Below, in pieces: positions 26,532-38,860 of a stretch of 64,000 nt of DNA (positions are counted from its first letter, which is position 1; every line of letters begins with the position of its first letter). The notes under the pieces were generated by a model. It saw only the letters and a list, made by a program, of their open reading frames with translations. It did no database searches and was not told where the DNA came from. The position numbers and the translations under genes were made by a program. The stretch is from Geosiphon pyriformis uo1 (taxonomy: Eukaryota; Fungi; Glomeromycota), in contig JAAOMT010000003.1 of assembly GCA_016748015.1 (NCBI GenBank), forward strand, positions 872,373 through 936,372. Reading direction: 5' to 3'.

Positions 26532-27731
26532 TATGGACTCTGGGAATCTTTTTATGCACATGGACTTTATTAAAATTCAAAGCGCTCAGCTGAGAAAAAA
26601 AATATTCGTTTATTCTCGAACCTATATTTTCAACTTCACAATAAGCTTTCCCATTAATTCACTCATATCAATTTAAATGTCAATATTAAAAATTTTTTAT
26701 CCAGATTCGAAAAACGTTTATTATCACTTTTATCCTGAATCCCCATATAAGTAAAATAACGATTTTATAAGACATTATTATCTTTCATTACTAAAAACTG
26801 TAACATATAATCTTAGTGAAACTCAATTTTCTAAAATATACAAACAATCGATTTCCCATGAATATAATAACATACGAAAAACGTCAATTCACAATGGATA
26901 GGGTTTAAAAATATTGGTTTCCTATGTAAACAAATCAACGACACGAAATTTTAAAGATATGAAATAATAAGACCATTTTGGTGACTTACGGCTCATTTGT
27001 AAATATGATTCAAAAAAAAATAAGAACAAGAAATTATCAATAAGATTGCCAATTAAAAACATTTTAAAAGTCAACTAAGTGGATTTACTTTTTTTTCAAT
27101 TACAGTGAAGTTGACAGTTTACGAACCAAAGCATGGTATTGCCAAATTATATGCTTCTTAAAAGCTACAGTATAATACCATGTTCATAAATTGATACAAA
27201 CCCAAATTGTATTTATTGCGGCATCAAAAGTCTCAATTTGTTTCCAGGTTCCCCAGTTTCACTCCAATTTTTGGGGCATGAGAGCAGACCAGAGATTTCA
27301 ACTGGAGTCTTCCGGCAAGTTCTTTAACATAATTTATCAACTGGTAAGATCATATTTATTGAGTATTTGAACATTGTTTATCCAAACTTTTGTATTTCTA
27401 AAGCTGTACTTATTTAATCCTAAATGGTTTGGGATCATAAGCTAAGGTCTGTTTTTAATAAACCGATATTGTTAAATGAGCCAAGATATCATGTTGTGGA
27501 AAAGAATCTAGGTATATCCCCCATTTTAAATCATCTCATACAAATCTTTTAGCTAAAACATTATTTCAAACTTAAATGTCTCTTTTAACGGATATAATTA
27601 ATCAAAGAATTTCATCCCAAAAAAAATGAATCGTCTAAAAGTATGTGGAAATCTAGTCCTAGAGAAATATCTCAAAAATAAGGTAACCAATTTTCATTCA
27701 ATAAATGAAGATTGATGGGTCATTTGGGTAT

Positions 27732-28397
27732 TTAAAGCTTTTTTAACAACATGCACAACATTTTTTCTGAATAAAAATCACCCGCATTTGCAGCCTTTCG
27801 ATACCAACGTAACGCTGTATGAAGGTCTTTATTAATTCCAATTGAAAATTGAAAAGACCTTGCTATTTCCGTTTGTGCTGTGCAAATTCCATATTCAGCA
27901 GCAATTTTGTACCAAATCCAAGCTTTTCTTTTGTTTTCCACCGTCCCGATTCCCCATAAGTAGCAATATGCAAGGTTACAAGCTCCAATAAAATTTCCCC
28001 CTAGAGCTGATTTCAAGTGCCAATAAAAAGCCTTGGTAAAATCTCTACCAGTGCCAAAGGCTTGACTATGACACCAGCCGAGCTGTGTTTCTCCTAGATG
28101 GTCCCCAGATTCGGCGGAAATCTTGTACCAAAATATCATTGATTTAAGATCCATGTCTGTACCGAATCCATGATGGTATGTGAATCCCAATAAAAAAGCA
28201 TATTCCGAATTATTTGGTGCTATCTCCAGTATTTCCTGAAATAACTCTTCGGGTTTAATTTGATATTCATCACACCATTGCTCAATGCAGTCTAATAAAT
28301 TTTCGTCCTTGGTACCATGGTCTATAACTGAGTCAATACGTTGACGAAGGTCTTTAAGCGAATCCATATTTTGTGATAGTTTATTTTTCGACTCCAT
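27732..28397 (-). CDS. Small Sel1-like repeat protein (221 aa), paralogue of 25887-26531
   Basis: DENLLDCIEQW..EELFQ..GFTYHHGFGT..QLGWCHSQAFG..NLAYCYLWGIG..KDLHTAL is colinear with the neighbouring gene. Confidence 0.9.
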   Translation of the reverse strand: MESKNKLSQNMDSLKDLRQRIDSVIDHGTKDENLLDCIEQWCDEYQIKPEELFQEILEIAPNNSEYAFLLGFTYHHGFGTDMDLKSMIFWYKISAESGDHLGETQLGWCHSQAFGTGRDFTKAFYWHLKSALGGNFIGACNLAYCYLWGIGTVENKRKAWIWYKIAAEYGICTAQTEIARSFQFSIGINKDLHTALRWYRKAANAGDFYSEKMLCMLLKKL

Positions 28398-29082
28398 AAA
28401 AGTTTGGTGTACTTTTCCTTAATATTTCTTTTGAAATTTCCAAAGAATTTCTCAGGCTGAGAAAAATAAAAGCCGATATAGCTATCGGACCGATCTAAAT
28501 ACAATTATCATTAATGGCTGATCTTTTCTCACGTTTTGGATATTTAATATGCTTAGCACCAAATGGACCATTTTGGAAAACCCCTTAATTAACTCGCAAA
28601 AAACGAGTTTCGCAAATTGGTTATGATCAATCCTACTTTTTTTTAGAGCACTTTTACTGTCTCTTCAGTATATGAAATTAAATAAAAGCATCAGCTTTGG
28701 TCTCTTTTATAATTTTAAACCTAAATTTGGAATATATTCATATTGGTCGCGGAGTTTATTGTGCCTTCGAGAAAGATGCTTTCTTAAAGCTAGATTTTTT
28801 ACAATGCTCTAATATTTCAAAATCCCATTTTAGTGCAGTATGCAATTTTAGAATTCAAAATTTAACACAAAAAACTCGGCATTTAAAAATAATATTACAC
28901 ACGAATAAAAACATTAAAAAACCTTGATCAAAGCAAAAGAAAATTGTTTAAAGTACAAATATTTTATCACACCACTAGCTCTAACACTAATCTCTATTAT
29001 GATTCTGATATGATTAAAGCCCTCTCACCCCCCAAAAGCCATGGGTTTCAAAAATAGATTACAAAAATTCCTACCAGATATG

Positions 29083-30123
29083 TTAACAGTTTGCAGTTAT
29101 AATACTAGAGAAATGAGATGACAAACCCGATCGACGTGCAAAATGATCCTGCGTAGGAATCTGCCTTTCACGCGAAAATCCATTTGGTAAAATCGCCGTC
29201 TCACCATAAAAATTAAATTCGTTATCTTGCGCTGGAGAATAGGACATTTCCTGATTATTATACTCATTATCGAATGATGCTCTTCCATTCCATAAACCCT
29301 CTTTAGGACTTTGTTGAACTTGTGAAGCAATTAATGGAACAAGCGAACTCCTATCAAACGATAGTTGTGTTTGTTCTTGAGGGTAGCAATTTTCCCGCTT
29401 TTGGCTTGTCAAATAAGAACTCGAGAAAGCAATGTCCTTTTCCTTGGGTGAAGTATTTGAAGAAGCGCTAAAAGAAGAAAAATTTAGGATATCATCATTC
29501 AAGGCAATTTTAGGTGAGCACGAAGAAGCAATATTTTGATTCAATGATATTGTTGGCGAGAGCGCAAACAAAGAGAATGTCAAAGTGTGCGAAGCGTTCG
29601 AACCCGAAAAGGATGCGGGCGTTGATTGCCCTGATTTTCGAACTGGCGTTACAATGGGTGTTCCGATTGGTTCCTGAATTGACAGGTTGGAGTTAGTTCC
29701 AATCGAGTCAATTAAAATATTTTGTAGTGATTGCTTCCTCTCCAAAGATTGAGTCTTTTTGTTGATAGGTACGTTTCCGAACATGGGAAATTGGCGCGTT
29801 GAAAAATCGGGTGGATTTGAAATGGAAGACGGAATCGTATTGGTGGAATCAACAATTGAAAAGTTTGGTTGATTTCTTAACTGTTGATTATGTGCATCGA
29901 TTGCTTTGTCTAGCTCAAGTTGTTTTAGATGTAGTTCTCTTTGTTTTTGCAGCAATTTGTCATATTCAAGAAATCTGGATGGCTTATATGATGCTCCAGT
30001 ATGAGATATAAAAGCATCATTGTGAGCTAAAGAGGATGAAGCCAGCTGCCATGGAAAAAAATGACCTGAATGCAATGTGGAATCAGCCAATCCTGAAGTT
30101 GAAACAAATGGAGAAAAGGCCAT
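29083..30123 (-). CDS. Hypothetical Ser/Gln-rich, largely disordered protein with a short coiled coil; possible upstream exons to ~30650
   Basis: 346-aa ORF with the heptad segment LLQKQRELHLKQLELDKAID. Upstream open segments (about 30180-30453 and 30533-30650) are joined to each other by a GT-AG intron, but I could not link them in frame to this ORF. Confidence 0.7.
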   Translation of the reverse strand: MAFSPFVSTSGLADSTLHSGHFFPWQLASSSLAHNDAFISHTGASYKPSRFLEYDKLLQKQRELHLKQLELDKAIDAHNQQLRNQPNFSIVDSTNTIPSSISNPPDFSTRQFPMFGNVPINKKTQSLERKQSLQNILIDSIGTNSNLSIQEPIGTPIVTPVRKSGQSTPASFSGSNASHTLTFSLFALSPTISLNQNIASSCSPKIALNDDILNFSSFSASSNTSPKEKDIAFSSSYLTSQKRENCYPQEQTQLSFDRSSLVPLIASQVQQSPKEGLWNGRASFDNEYNNQEMSYSPAQDNEFNFYGETAILPNGFSRERQIPTQDHFARRSGLSSHFSSIITANC

Positions 30124-32993
30124 GGAGTTAGACCTTTTTAAGGCACAAATAAAAAAACCTCTGAAATATCAATAAATACCATGATTAGAATCTGATTTAT
30201 TAAAATTCCTATTCACCCCTGGTCCAATTGTAAAATGTTTTTCATTGGGAAAATCGGGAGGGAGGGTGGCCTCATGAATGTAATCTGACGAAATGGGTGC
30301 TAATGTTGATGATGATCGTTGATGAGAGAATTGTAAATGAGAATGTGTGCCGCTCAAATTTGGGGTACTTCTTTGATGTTTAAGTACACGTTGACGAGGA
30401 GTTGACGAGAAAAATGCGGGTTGAGAAAGAGGTCGTTGAGAATTGTGAGGATCTTGAAAAATAAAAAAAATCGAGCATCCGTATATTTATAATTTTTTTA
30501 CAAATTGGAATTGGAATATACACTGCACTTACGTAGTATTGACTGTCGTAAAGGCAATGGCGCACTCAAGGATGGTGAAGGTAAAGCGTGAAAACGATTA
30601 AAATTATTTGATTTATTGTACTCTAAAAACTTGGCAACAGCTTGTTTGACCTCTAAAACGTGAGAAATTGTGAGTAAAATTAAAAGAAAGTCACCATAAC
30701 AAATTTATGTTAGGGGGTGAAGGTTCTTGATTTTTTTTTGCGAAAGAATTCTGGTAAACGAATGACTTCTAGTTTAACACTAATAATTTCGAGGAAAATC
30801 AAAATAGGGTGAAATAAATATATAAATTTTTTGATTTACCATCAAACTGAACCTTAAATGCTAGCGTGTCGATATTTCGCGAATCTTCCATTAAGTAAAA
30901 ATGAAAAGCAAATGCGGCAAAAGGTAGATTTAACGTGAATGAGAGAGAGGGAATAAGGAAGCAGAAGAGATTAGTAGCAGGAAAAAGAAGTTATGTTAAT
31001 ATATCAATAGGTGTCATTGTTGTTTTTTTGACAAAGACACGTGTTCACTTTATGACGCCAACTAACAGAGTTAAATTAAAAGGAGAGTCGCCGCACATAA
31101 AAATCGCCAAATAAATCTAACTTTTATAAAAATTATTTGTTTGGGTGCACTTTTCTTTTCTGTCATACCTTACCATTTCTACTGTCTTTATTTTCCGACT
31201 TGTTGACTGGTTTATTAATGTTATCATCAGGAATATCTTTTTCCATTTCGCCGTTAATATATTTAGCTGAAAATCGGTGAATCGGTTTTTTCTAATGAAG
31301 AACTGGAAATGTTGGAGGATTTGGGCGCAAGGTTAATTCCTCAGTAATTTTTTAGTAATAGACAAACTAATTAGCTGCGAAAAATGGATTCATGCCAAGG
31401 AAATGGAGCTGGAGAGAATGAGAAAACTGCGCAAAAAATAATACAAGGCCAAGGCTTTTATAATTATGGAATATCAAGAAGTTTTTTGTGAAGACAAGAA
31501 GCATTAAAGTGCGTTCAATCCTAATATTCAATAAAAAAGTTTTTTTATGAGTTTTTGCGCAAAAAAAAATGCTTATAACAGTAATGGTCAAATTTTTTTT
31601 TGGTCCATCGAGCAAACAAAATAGTTATATAAAATGAATAATGTCTTTTTATTTCACCCTTTCGGTTCTTGCCTCTCTTAATAAAACTTTGTCTTTTTAG
31701 TTTAGGTTGGTTGCAACCAATTTTTTGATGCCAATAGCTTAATAAATTCAAAGATATTTAGAATGGAAACAAGAGGGAAGAAGCAACCTAATATCTTCCG
31801 TAACTTTAACTCGCGATCACAAGCTTCATTCAAAATGGGATGAAGATGTTGGAGAAAATAAAAAGGTGAGGGCGAGTGGATGTGTTCTTTTCAATTATTC
31901 GGAGAAATACATGCATCATAAACATAATTTTAAAAAAAATTTCCATCATGTTGCGCTATTTAAAGAGGGAGTTCAATGAAAAATTGAAGAACTTTGTTAT
32001 TATCTGAATATTTTCAAGATAAGTGAGGCCTTAGGCTCTCAACTTTAGTTTGTCGTTAGTAACTTTTATGAGATTCTTTGAACTTAAAGTATTATAATTT
32101 TTCGGGGCTAAGTACTATTTAGGAATAAGTTTCGCTTCCAATTTATTGAAGAAAAGTAATTTCAATCTCAATATTCGTGACATTTCTGCATGTTGACTTT
32201 TCATTTAGGGAAGTTTGGATTAACCAATCGGAATGAAAAGGAGTTTTACTATGGTCACTACACCTGATCAATAATGTTCTTTCTGGAATTAACAAATGCC
32301 CCTGTTTGATATCCCTATAATTAGGACAGAATTTACTGTTCGAAGGAGAACCTTAATTTTGATTTAACTGTTAGAATCTCCCAATTCAAAGCCCTAATTG
32401 AGAAGTATTTTGCCAGTCAATTGAAGCATGCTTCATTTAGAGTAGCTTGAATCAAATCACCCGGTTGAGCATCGAGAAATGAAAAAGGTAACGATCACTT
32501 TCCTTTAAAAGAATTTAAAGAAAGTGTGGCTGTATTTGTTTTGAAAGCAAAATTAAATTTATCTAATTTCCAGTAAAACATCGAACCAGATGAGTTTTTT
32601 TTCTCAACTGTTTCAATACAAAATGCTTTTAAGAAATTCTTGTGCCACCGAAGCATTGAATATTTCTCAAGATGGTCAAAATATTCTCTTTTCTCATGTC
32701 ATTTTTTAGGCATGAATTCTGGGGAAGCTCACAGCGTTTTTGATATGAAGGTTGTACAAATAAAACTCTTGTTTTATTCATTGAGACTATATTGTGATAT
32801 AATAAAATTTGGATATATTAACCTTGGAGATTTTCATACAAAAGATAAAATATTCATTAAAGCTTAAATTTTTTTAATAATAAGCAAAAACAACCAGTTT
32901 TATTAATTTAATAATATGTAAGTTTAAGATTTGAGATATTACCAAATTTTAGAATTAAATGTTAGTGAAAATGAAATGAAAAAAAAACTAAAT

Positions 32994-33836
32994 TTAAGTG
33001 TATCCCGTCTGAAGAGTCACATCTTGTTCTGGATGCGTAAAAATCAAATTTTTCGGCAAAGCCATTTGCCACCTCAAGGATCCAACGCTGAAAACTCGTT
33101 CATCGAGGGTAATAAGAGAAGCCCAAGTCATTATTCCTAGAGTTAGTCCCACTTCATACAATATTTGAAGCTCTAGGCCAATACAGACCAAAAGATTAAG
33201 TTTTACTTCCCAATTTAACTTCGAGAAGTATTGACTCAAGTAGATTTTCAAATTGCCTTTTTCATGAAAAGCAGCTACAATTAGATATTCTCTTGTCTGG
33301 GACCCTTTCTTATAGCCATAAACATCAATAGAAGGCTGTGAGAGAGAGAGAGAAGATACATGTTGGGCTTTGAAAATGATCAATTGGTTAAAAACTTGGA
33401 CATCTTACGTGATATATATAGTGTTGAAAATTTACTTCACGCAATACACTTTCGATGCTTTGATTGAGGGAAAAACTTTTCAAAATAGTTTTCATAGATT
33501 TTTGGAGTGATATGTTTCGTTGCAATTCTGCGGTCCATACCAAAGCCATCAATTAATGTTGCCGAAAAAGTAATACCAAAAATAAGTGGTGACAATATGC
33601 TCGATATTTTTAAATTTATCTTTGGGAATCTATCTGAAACATTCTTTTGGCCTGGTAGTATTTAGCTGAGATTCTTTGATGAAATTATCGATTTCTTTAT
33701 TCACGCTACTTCATTCACAAAAGCGTGATTGAAATTTTTTACTATGGCAGGGTTTGCACCAGCGATAATGTATCCTTGATTGCTTGCATCCGTTGCATAT
33801 TCTAAATCTCGTTTGGTGAGTTTTTTAATCATTCAT
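32994..33836 (-). pseudogene. Glomeromycotina-type tyrosine-kinase-like (TKL) pseudogene
   Basis: From ATG 33836 it reads MND*..ICNGCKQ..RWCKPC..FCE*SSVNKEIDNFIKESQLN..FR*IPKDKFKNIEHI..FG..FSATLIDG, then YG..TREYLIV..GNLKIYL..LNWEVKLNLL. In-frame stops lie at 33825, 33711 and 33630; HRD and DFG are not recognisable. Confidence 0.85.
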
Positions 33837-34138
33837 TTTGAATATTTTTTAAAAAATGCATTGAGGCTGAACCTGTACCGAACTCTCATTGTTGGGTTGT
33901 ATATTTAAATTAAGATTAATCTGAGCTACATGACAATAAGGGGTACACTATGTCGGATGTAATACAACCTTTTTTCTGCAATGCAAAGAAATTGTCATCA
34001 TATTGACCAATCAGAATCGATTTATATTCATATTTGATATACATGTATAGATTGCTTTGATAAATAATTAAATCTAAAAATCACCCATTATATAAAGGTT
34101 TAAACACAATCTTTCTATTAAATTTATACTATACTTTT

Positions 34139-34937
34139 TCAAACCAAGAAAGCAGAAATAGCACGATCATAGGCTTGAAGTCGTTGATCTGTAACCGAGG
34201 TTCCAATACAATCGGTTAGGTAAATTTTATAGGCTTGTTTGCCGACATCCCCAGTTCCATTTTCCAAAGAATTAATAACATTAAAAGAACATTTTGTACG
34301 TAAGAACCATGTAGCGCTGGCAAAAGCATATTTATCAGGTAATACGAGAGCCAATATATCATTTTTTGCTTGGTCATTGTTCGCATAGCCTGCACCATAT
34401 TTTGATTTAAGATCCTGGTATTTTGAGGCAATTTCTTGATCTGTCTTTGCGATATATTGTACGTACTCGTCAATGAATGGAAAGTTCATTTGATTAAAGG
34501 CTACAAAATAATATAAAAAATATTGAAATTTCAGTTTAGGAATGATCTTTTAAATCATCAAGGATTAAATCTAAAAAGATATATGATAAATTACTTCCTT
34601 GACCAGGGTTTGGGGCTGGAAAATGATGAATTCGGAACTTCAAACCGCCAGATTCGACTGAAATAAGGGAAAGCACAGTTGCCTTTAAACCTCTCGTGGT
34701 AATATTATAATCTTGAAAAGATTTATTAATGAAAGGCAAAGCTTGGGATGCTGTTCGGCATTCATCCGCGTAGTTTTTATCAGGTGTTGGGCAACTTGCA
34801 CTTGCTGGAATGGCAGTCACCAGTTGTTCAAGGGTTAAAAGATTGGGTATAACAAATTTTTTTGTCTTTTGTCTTCGTGCATCAAGACTAAATGCCAAAG
34901 AGAGGAAAAGAAATACAATTAAAATAAATTTCGCCAT
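34139..34937 (-). CDS. Secreted protein, conserved fungal ECRTA..ESG..PGQG family (possible lysozyme/GH19-like fold), 2 exons: 34937-34595, 34500-34139
   Basis: Signal peptide, C..ECRTASQALPFI..SF..Y.I, SLISVESG.LKF..HFP..PGQGTFNQM, DKYAFASATWFLRTKC and YLTDCIG. The phase-1 intron is consistent. Confidence 0.8.
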
Positions 34938-35846
34938 CTTTTGTTATGGAATTTTTTTTTTTGAATATCTCGTTTAAATGGAAATAACTTGTTTTATAAG
35001 GTTGATTTTTTACTTCCTTTATAGAATTATAGCCTAACTTGATTCAAATATTGATTTGAAATCCAAAAAGATATTTTTATCAAACATTGCCTTTTGATCC
35101 ATTGAAAATCCTAAAAAGAAAGATCACCAAATATGTACATAAAACTCAGGCATCAACAATGAACATTTTTGCCCAGCCTCATGTTTGATATAGCAATGAA
35201 ATGTTGTTTGATAAAATTTTTTGCCCCTCAAAAAAGAAAAATCTTTTAATCAGGAATTTTAACCAGCAATTTTAAAACGTCGAAGATAAGATTTTATCTA
35301 TTAGTATTCGATGCTGAAGAGATATAAAGTTTTAGGTTTCGAATTCTTAATTCAGTGTACTTGTTAGTTAAAGCCACCACAAATTCTGAGACTTTTTTTC
35401 CTTGATTTACTTATATTTATAGGAAGTGGTCAAAGTTTTTGCCCCAACATAAAATTTTCTTCATTAAATAATGAGACCTGTGTATCAAGCTAATAAATTT
35501 TTTTTCCTATTTTTAAATTAAAGGCGCTGCCTAAAGATTAAATATTTTCAAAATATTCGTTTTATGATAAATGCTGTTTAAAATGGAAAGTCTAGTTTGA
35601 GGCAAATGTATACTCTTTTGCATCTCTGGATAATAATAAGCTGAACTATATACAAAATTATGTTTAATTAAATGTTGAAAATAAAAAGAATATGAGCCTG
35701 ATATTGAAATACTTTGGGAAAAAAATCATGGGGTCCCAATTATGATAATAATCATGATCTCTCAAAATAGGGAAAGCCTTTAGTATCTATCTATAAGCTA
35801 AAATCATTAGTTTCATTGAAGTTTGAAAAGTCTGAATATTTTTTTT

Positions 35847-36194
35847 CTAACACATGCTATTATAAATTTCACTACACCTGACCGCCCTCTCTCCTTGCCT
35901 TTCTCCTTTCTTCGTTTTATTCCCATTAATGCTTTTTTTAACTAATTTATTGCTTTTAAAACTACCACTAGAACTGCCACCGCATGTATTTCGCTTTATA
36001 TGGGCTTGCAGAGTTTCAGAAATAGTTGCTCCTTTTTGACTTGACTTGCGTGAAGCTCCGGTACCTTGATATTTATGATAAAATTCGTTATCTGTCGTAA
36101 TTGAAGATTCTGAACCCATGGGATTACGACGTTTTGTATACTTGTTAATTTTCCAAATTTGATATTGAGTTTTGAGTTTTTTGAAAAGGGACAT
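35847..36194 (-). CDS. Small basic hypothetical protein (115 aa)
   Basis: ATG-initiated ORF with amphipathic N-terminus MSLFKKLKTQYQIWKINKYTKRR and a long pyrimidine-rich upstream region on the coding strand. Confidence 0.65.
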   Translation of the reverse strand: MSLFKKLKTQYQIWKINKYTKRRNPMGSESSITTDNEFYHKYQGTGASRKSSQKGATISETLQAHIKRNTCGGSSSGSFKSNKLVKKSINGNKTKKGERQGERAVRCSEIYNSMC

Positions 36195-38599
36195 AATACT
36201 ATCTTTTGGTGGATAGTGAAATGGGTAGAGTTGTTTATTTGTTGGTGGTTAGTGAGTTGAAAAAAAAAGATGGCAAGCAATTGGGTTAGACGCGTTTTAA
36301 TGTCCAAAAATTTTTGAGGAAAAGTTGACGTTCAATTTTGAATTGTATAAATTTAGATTCCTTTAAACAAGAGAAGCCTTTCGAAAGAAATATATCGGTC
36401 ACCAGAAAATAGAGTTGATATATTTTAAAGACTAGAAAGAAAACTAAAAGTCAATACGAGATGTTGAATATTACCCAGTGTAATATAAATTTTCAAGTTT
36501 TGTCACAGACTTTACAAGATAATTAAATATTAGGGATAAAGAGAGAAGAGGAAGAGAGAAGAGGAAGAGAGTTTAGGAATAAGAATTAGATAAAAGGGAA
36601 GGAAGAACGAAAGAATGAATAAAGGAAGGAAGGAATTCTGTAAAAGAATCAAGATTTGGAAAACGTAAAAAAATAAAAAAATAAAAAATAAAGGATAGAA
36701 GAATTGTACAAGATTATTAAAGGTAATTACTTGAACAAAGCTTTTGGGAAAGAACTGTGTTGAAAGTTTGTTCGTTGATATTCAAATGTAAGAAATCCCT
36801 TGTTGTACCAAGCTTATTGCTGTGAAATGATATTTTAAATTTATTTTTCCTTTTCGGGATGTTAGAATATCAAATACAAATATTCAAGAACCACTAAACT
36901 TTAGAAAAAGCCAGCAGTTAATGCATCATGGTAGGCATTGTGATATGTTTGTAACCTGTCACTTGCAGCATTTATGAATTGCCAAAGTACACTTTGGCCA
37001 ATAAAATAATTTAAATTTTAAAAGATTTGTAATACTTGCATTTGAAAGCTTTAAATTCCATTAAATTAATACAAAAATAAAGAAAATTTGCATTAATTTT
37101 TGATTCATATTCCTTCATAGTTTCGAAAAATTTGCTTCATAATATTCTTAGACTAAACGAAGGATTTCTGCAAATAATTTTTTGAAAAAATTAAGCTAGC
37201 AAAATTGAGTATTCTCAGTGATAGCCGAATTGGTTAACTTTGAAATTATTTTAAATGTCAGGGTAGTAATTAATTAATTAATTAAATATAGTAGCGAACA
37301 GTAATTAGAATATTAAAACTTGAAACTTTAATGATTTAAATTTTGCTTTTGCCAGGTATTTTGAATTACAAATACATATATTATTTGAAATTATTCTTTT
37401 CGATTTACTTGTTTCACTATTAAATGTCCAACAAAAAACCACTTATTTGAAATTAACTATCAATTATTTTAGCAGGTTTAATAGAACATAATTTTCTCCT
37501 TTAAATTTGAGGATTTCTTGAAAAATGGGAAACAGACTGAATTTTCAATAATCTATAATCGAAAAAAGTTTTATCTTAATACATGTATGAAACGATTCTC
37601 ACAAAGTAACAAAATAACAAATATATAATCAATAAAATTTTTTAAAACTTATTTCTTGAGAAGATTCAATCCAAAATATCAAAGCTCTTCATATATTAAA
37701 TAGAAATTCTTTCAAAATCTTGAAATTAGAAAAAAATTATTTGAATTCATTAATATGAATAAAAAAAATAAAAACTTTAATTCTCAAGGTAATACAATAC
37801 CCATTTTTATGAATTCCTTAAAAATGCTTTAATACTTTGTTCTATCATTATTATTTTCCAAATATCAATCGTGAAACCCTAGATTGTTAAAACATAATTT
37901 CTTTAATTTACCATTTTCCGAGACAAATAATTACGAGCAACTGTCCTAAAAATGTTCTCGTAGGATTAGGTTTTTTATGAAAAAAATAAAACAAGTTTCA
38001 GTTAAGCGATAAAAAATAATTGCAATTTCTTGTAAAGTATACCGGGTTAGAAGTCTTCAAATACTATTCAACAATCCAAAATGATAAAGTAGAGCATAAA
38101 ATGAAAAAGAATCTATTGAAAGTGTTATTATTTAAAACCTTGATACGATTATTTTATACATATACAGTATCCATGCGTGGTCACTTTTTATAACTCTTCA
38201 ATATTATAATATTGTTGTATAAAAAAATAACACCCACTCGTACACAGTTAAATGAAATTTATAAAGGGAAAAATTCTTGAACGTAAGCCTCACGACAATA
38301 TGGCGCTTTATTGACAAATACCAAACAAAGAATAATAAAAAGTCAAATTTACCACGTTTTGGAAAGGACACAAATTCTTAGCACCACAAAAAAGATTTAC
38401 TATTGTGTAAAACGATATGCATCACTTCAAGAAATTGACAACAATTTAGCTCTGTCAACTACTGCAAATGTACCCTGCAACTCCGGACTTCATTCATGTA
38501 TCGGAGCAAAAAAATCTTACATCTCAGAAACACAAAAAAAATTGGTGAATAAAATTAAATGTAAATAGTTACCTTGAAATTTTTAAGAGTCAACTTGTT

Positions 38600-38860
38600 C
38601 CCGTTTCAGATCGTAATTAAGTTGTTAACTGTAAAATAATGCGCCGAGTCATACTGCGGGAAAGATCAAGAAATTGTTAACGGAAAATAAAATCACTGGT
38701 CGGCGAATTCGTCAGACCTGAATTCAATTAAGAATATTTGGAAGCTGTTGAATGAAGTACAATATCCAAAAGCATAAAGTCTTTCTGAAGTCTGTGGTCA
38801 AACTTAAAATTGCGCTAAAGAAGGAATGGGGGAAATTCGATACCTCTATTCTCGAGGGCT
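38600..38860 (+). mobile_element. Decayed Tc1 (DD34E) transposase C-terminal fragment
   Basis: *NNAPSHTA..WSANSSDLNSIKNIWKLL..LKIALKKEW compared with the canonical QDNAPxH..WPxNSPDLNPIENxW. Confidence 0.85.
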
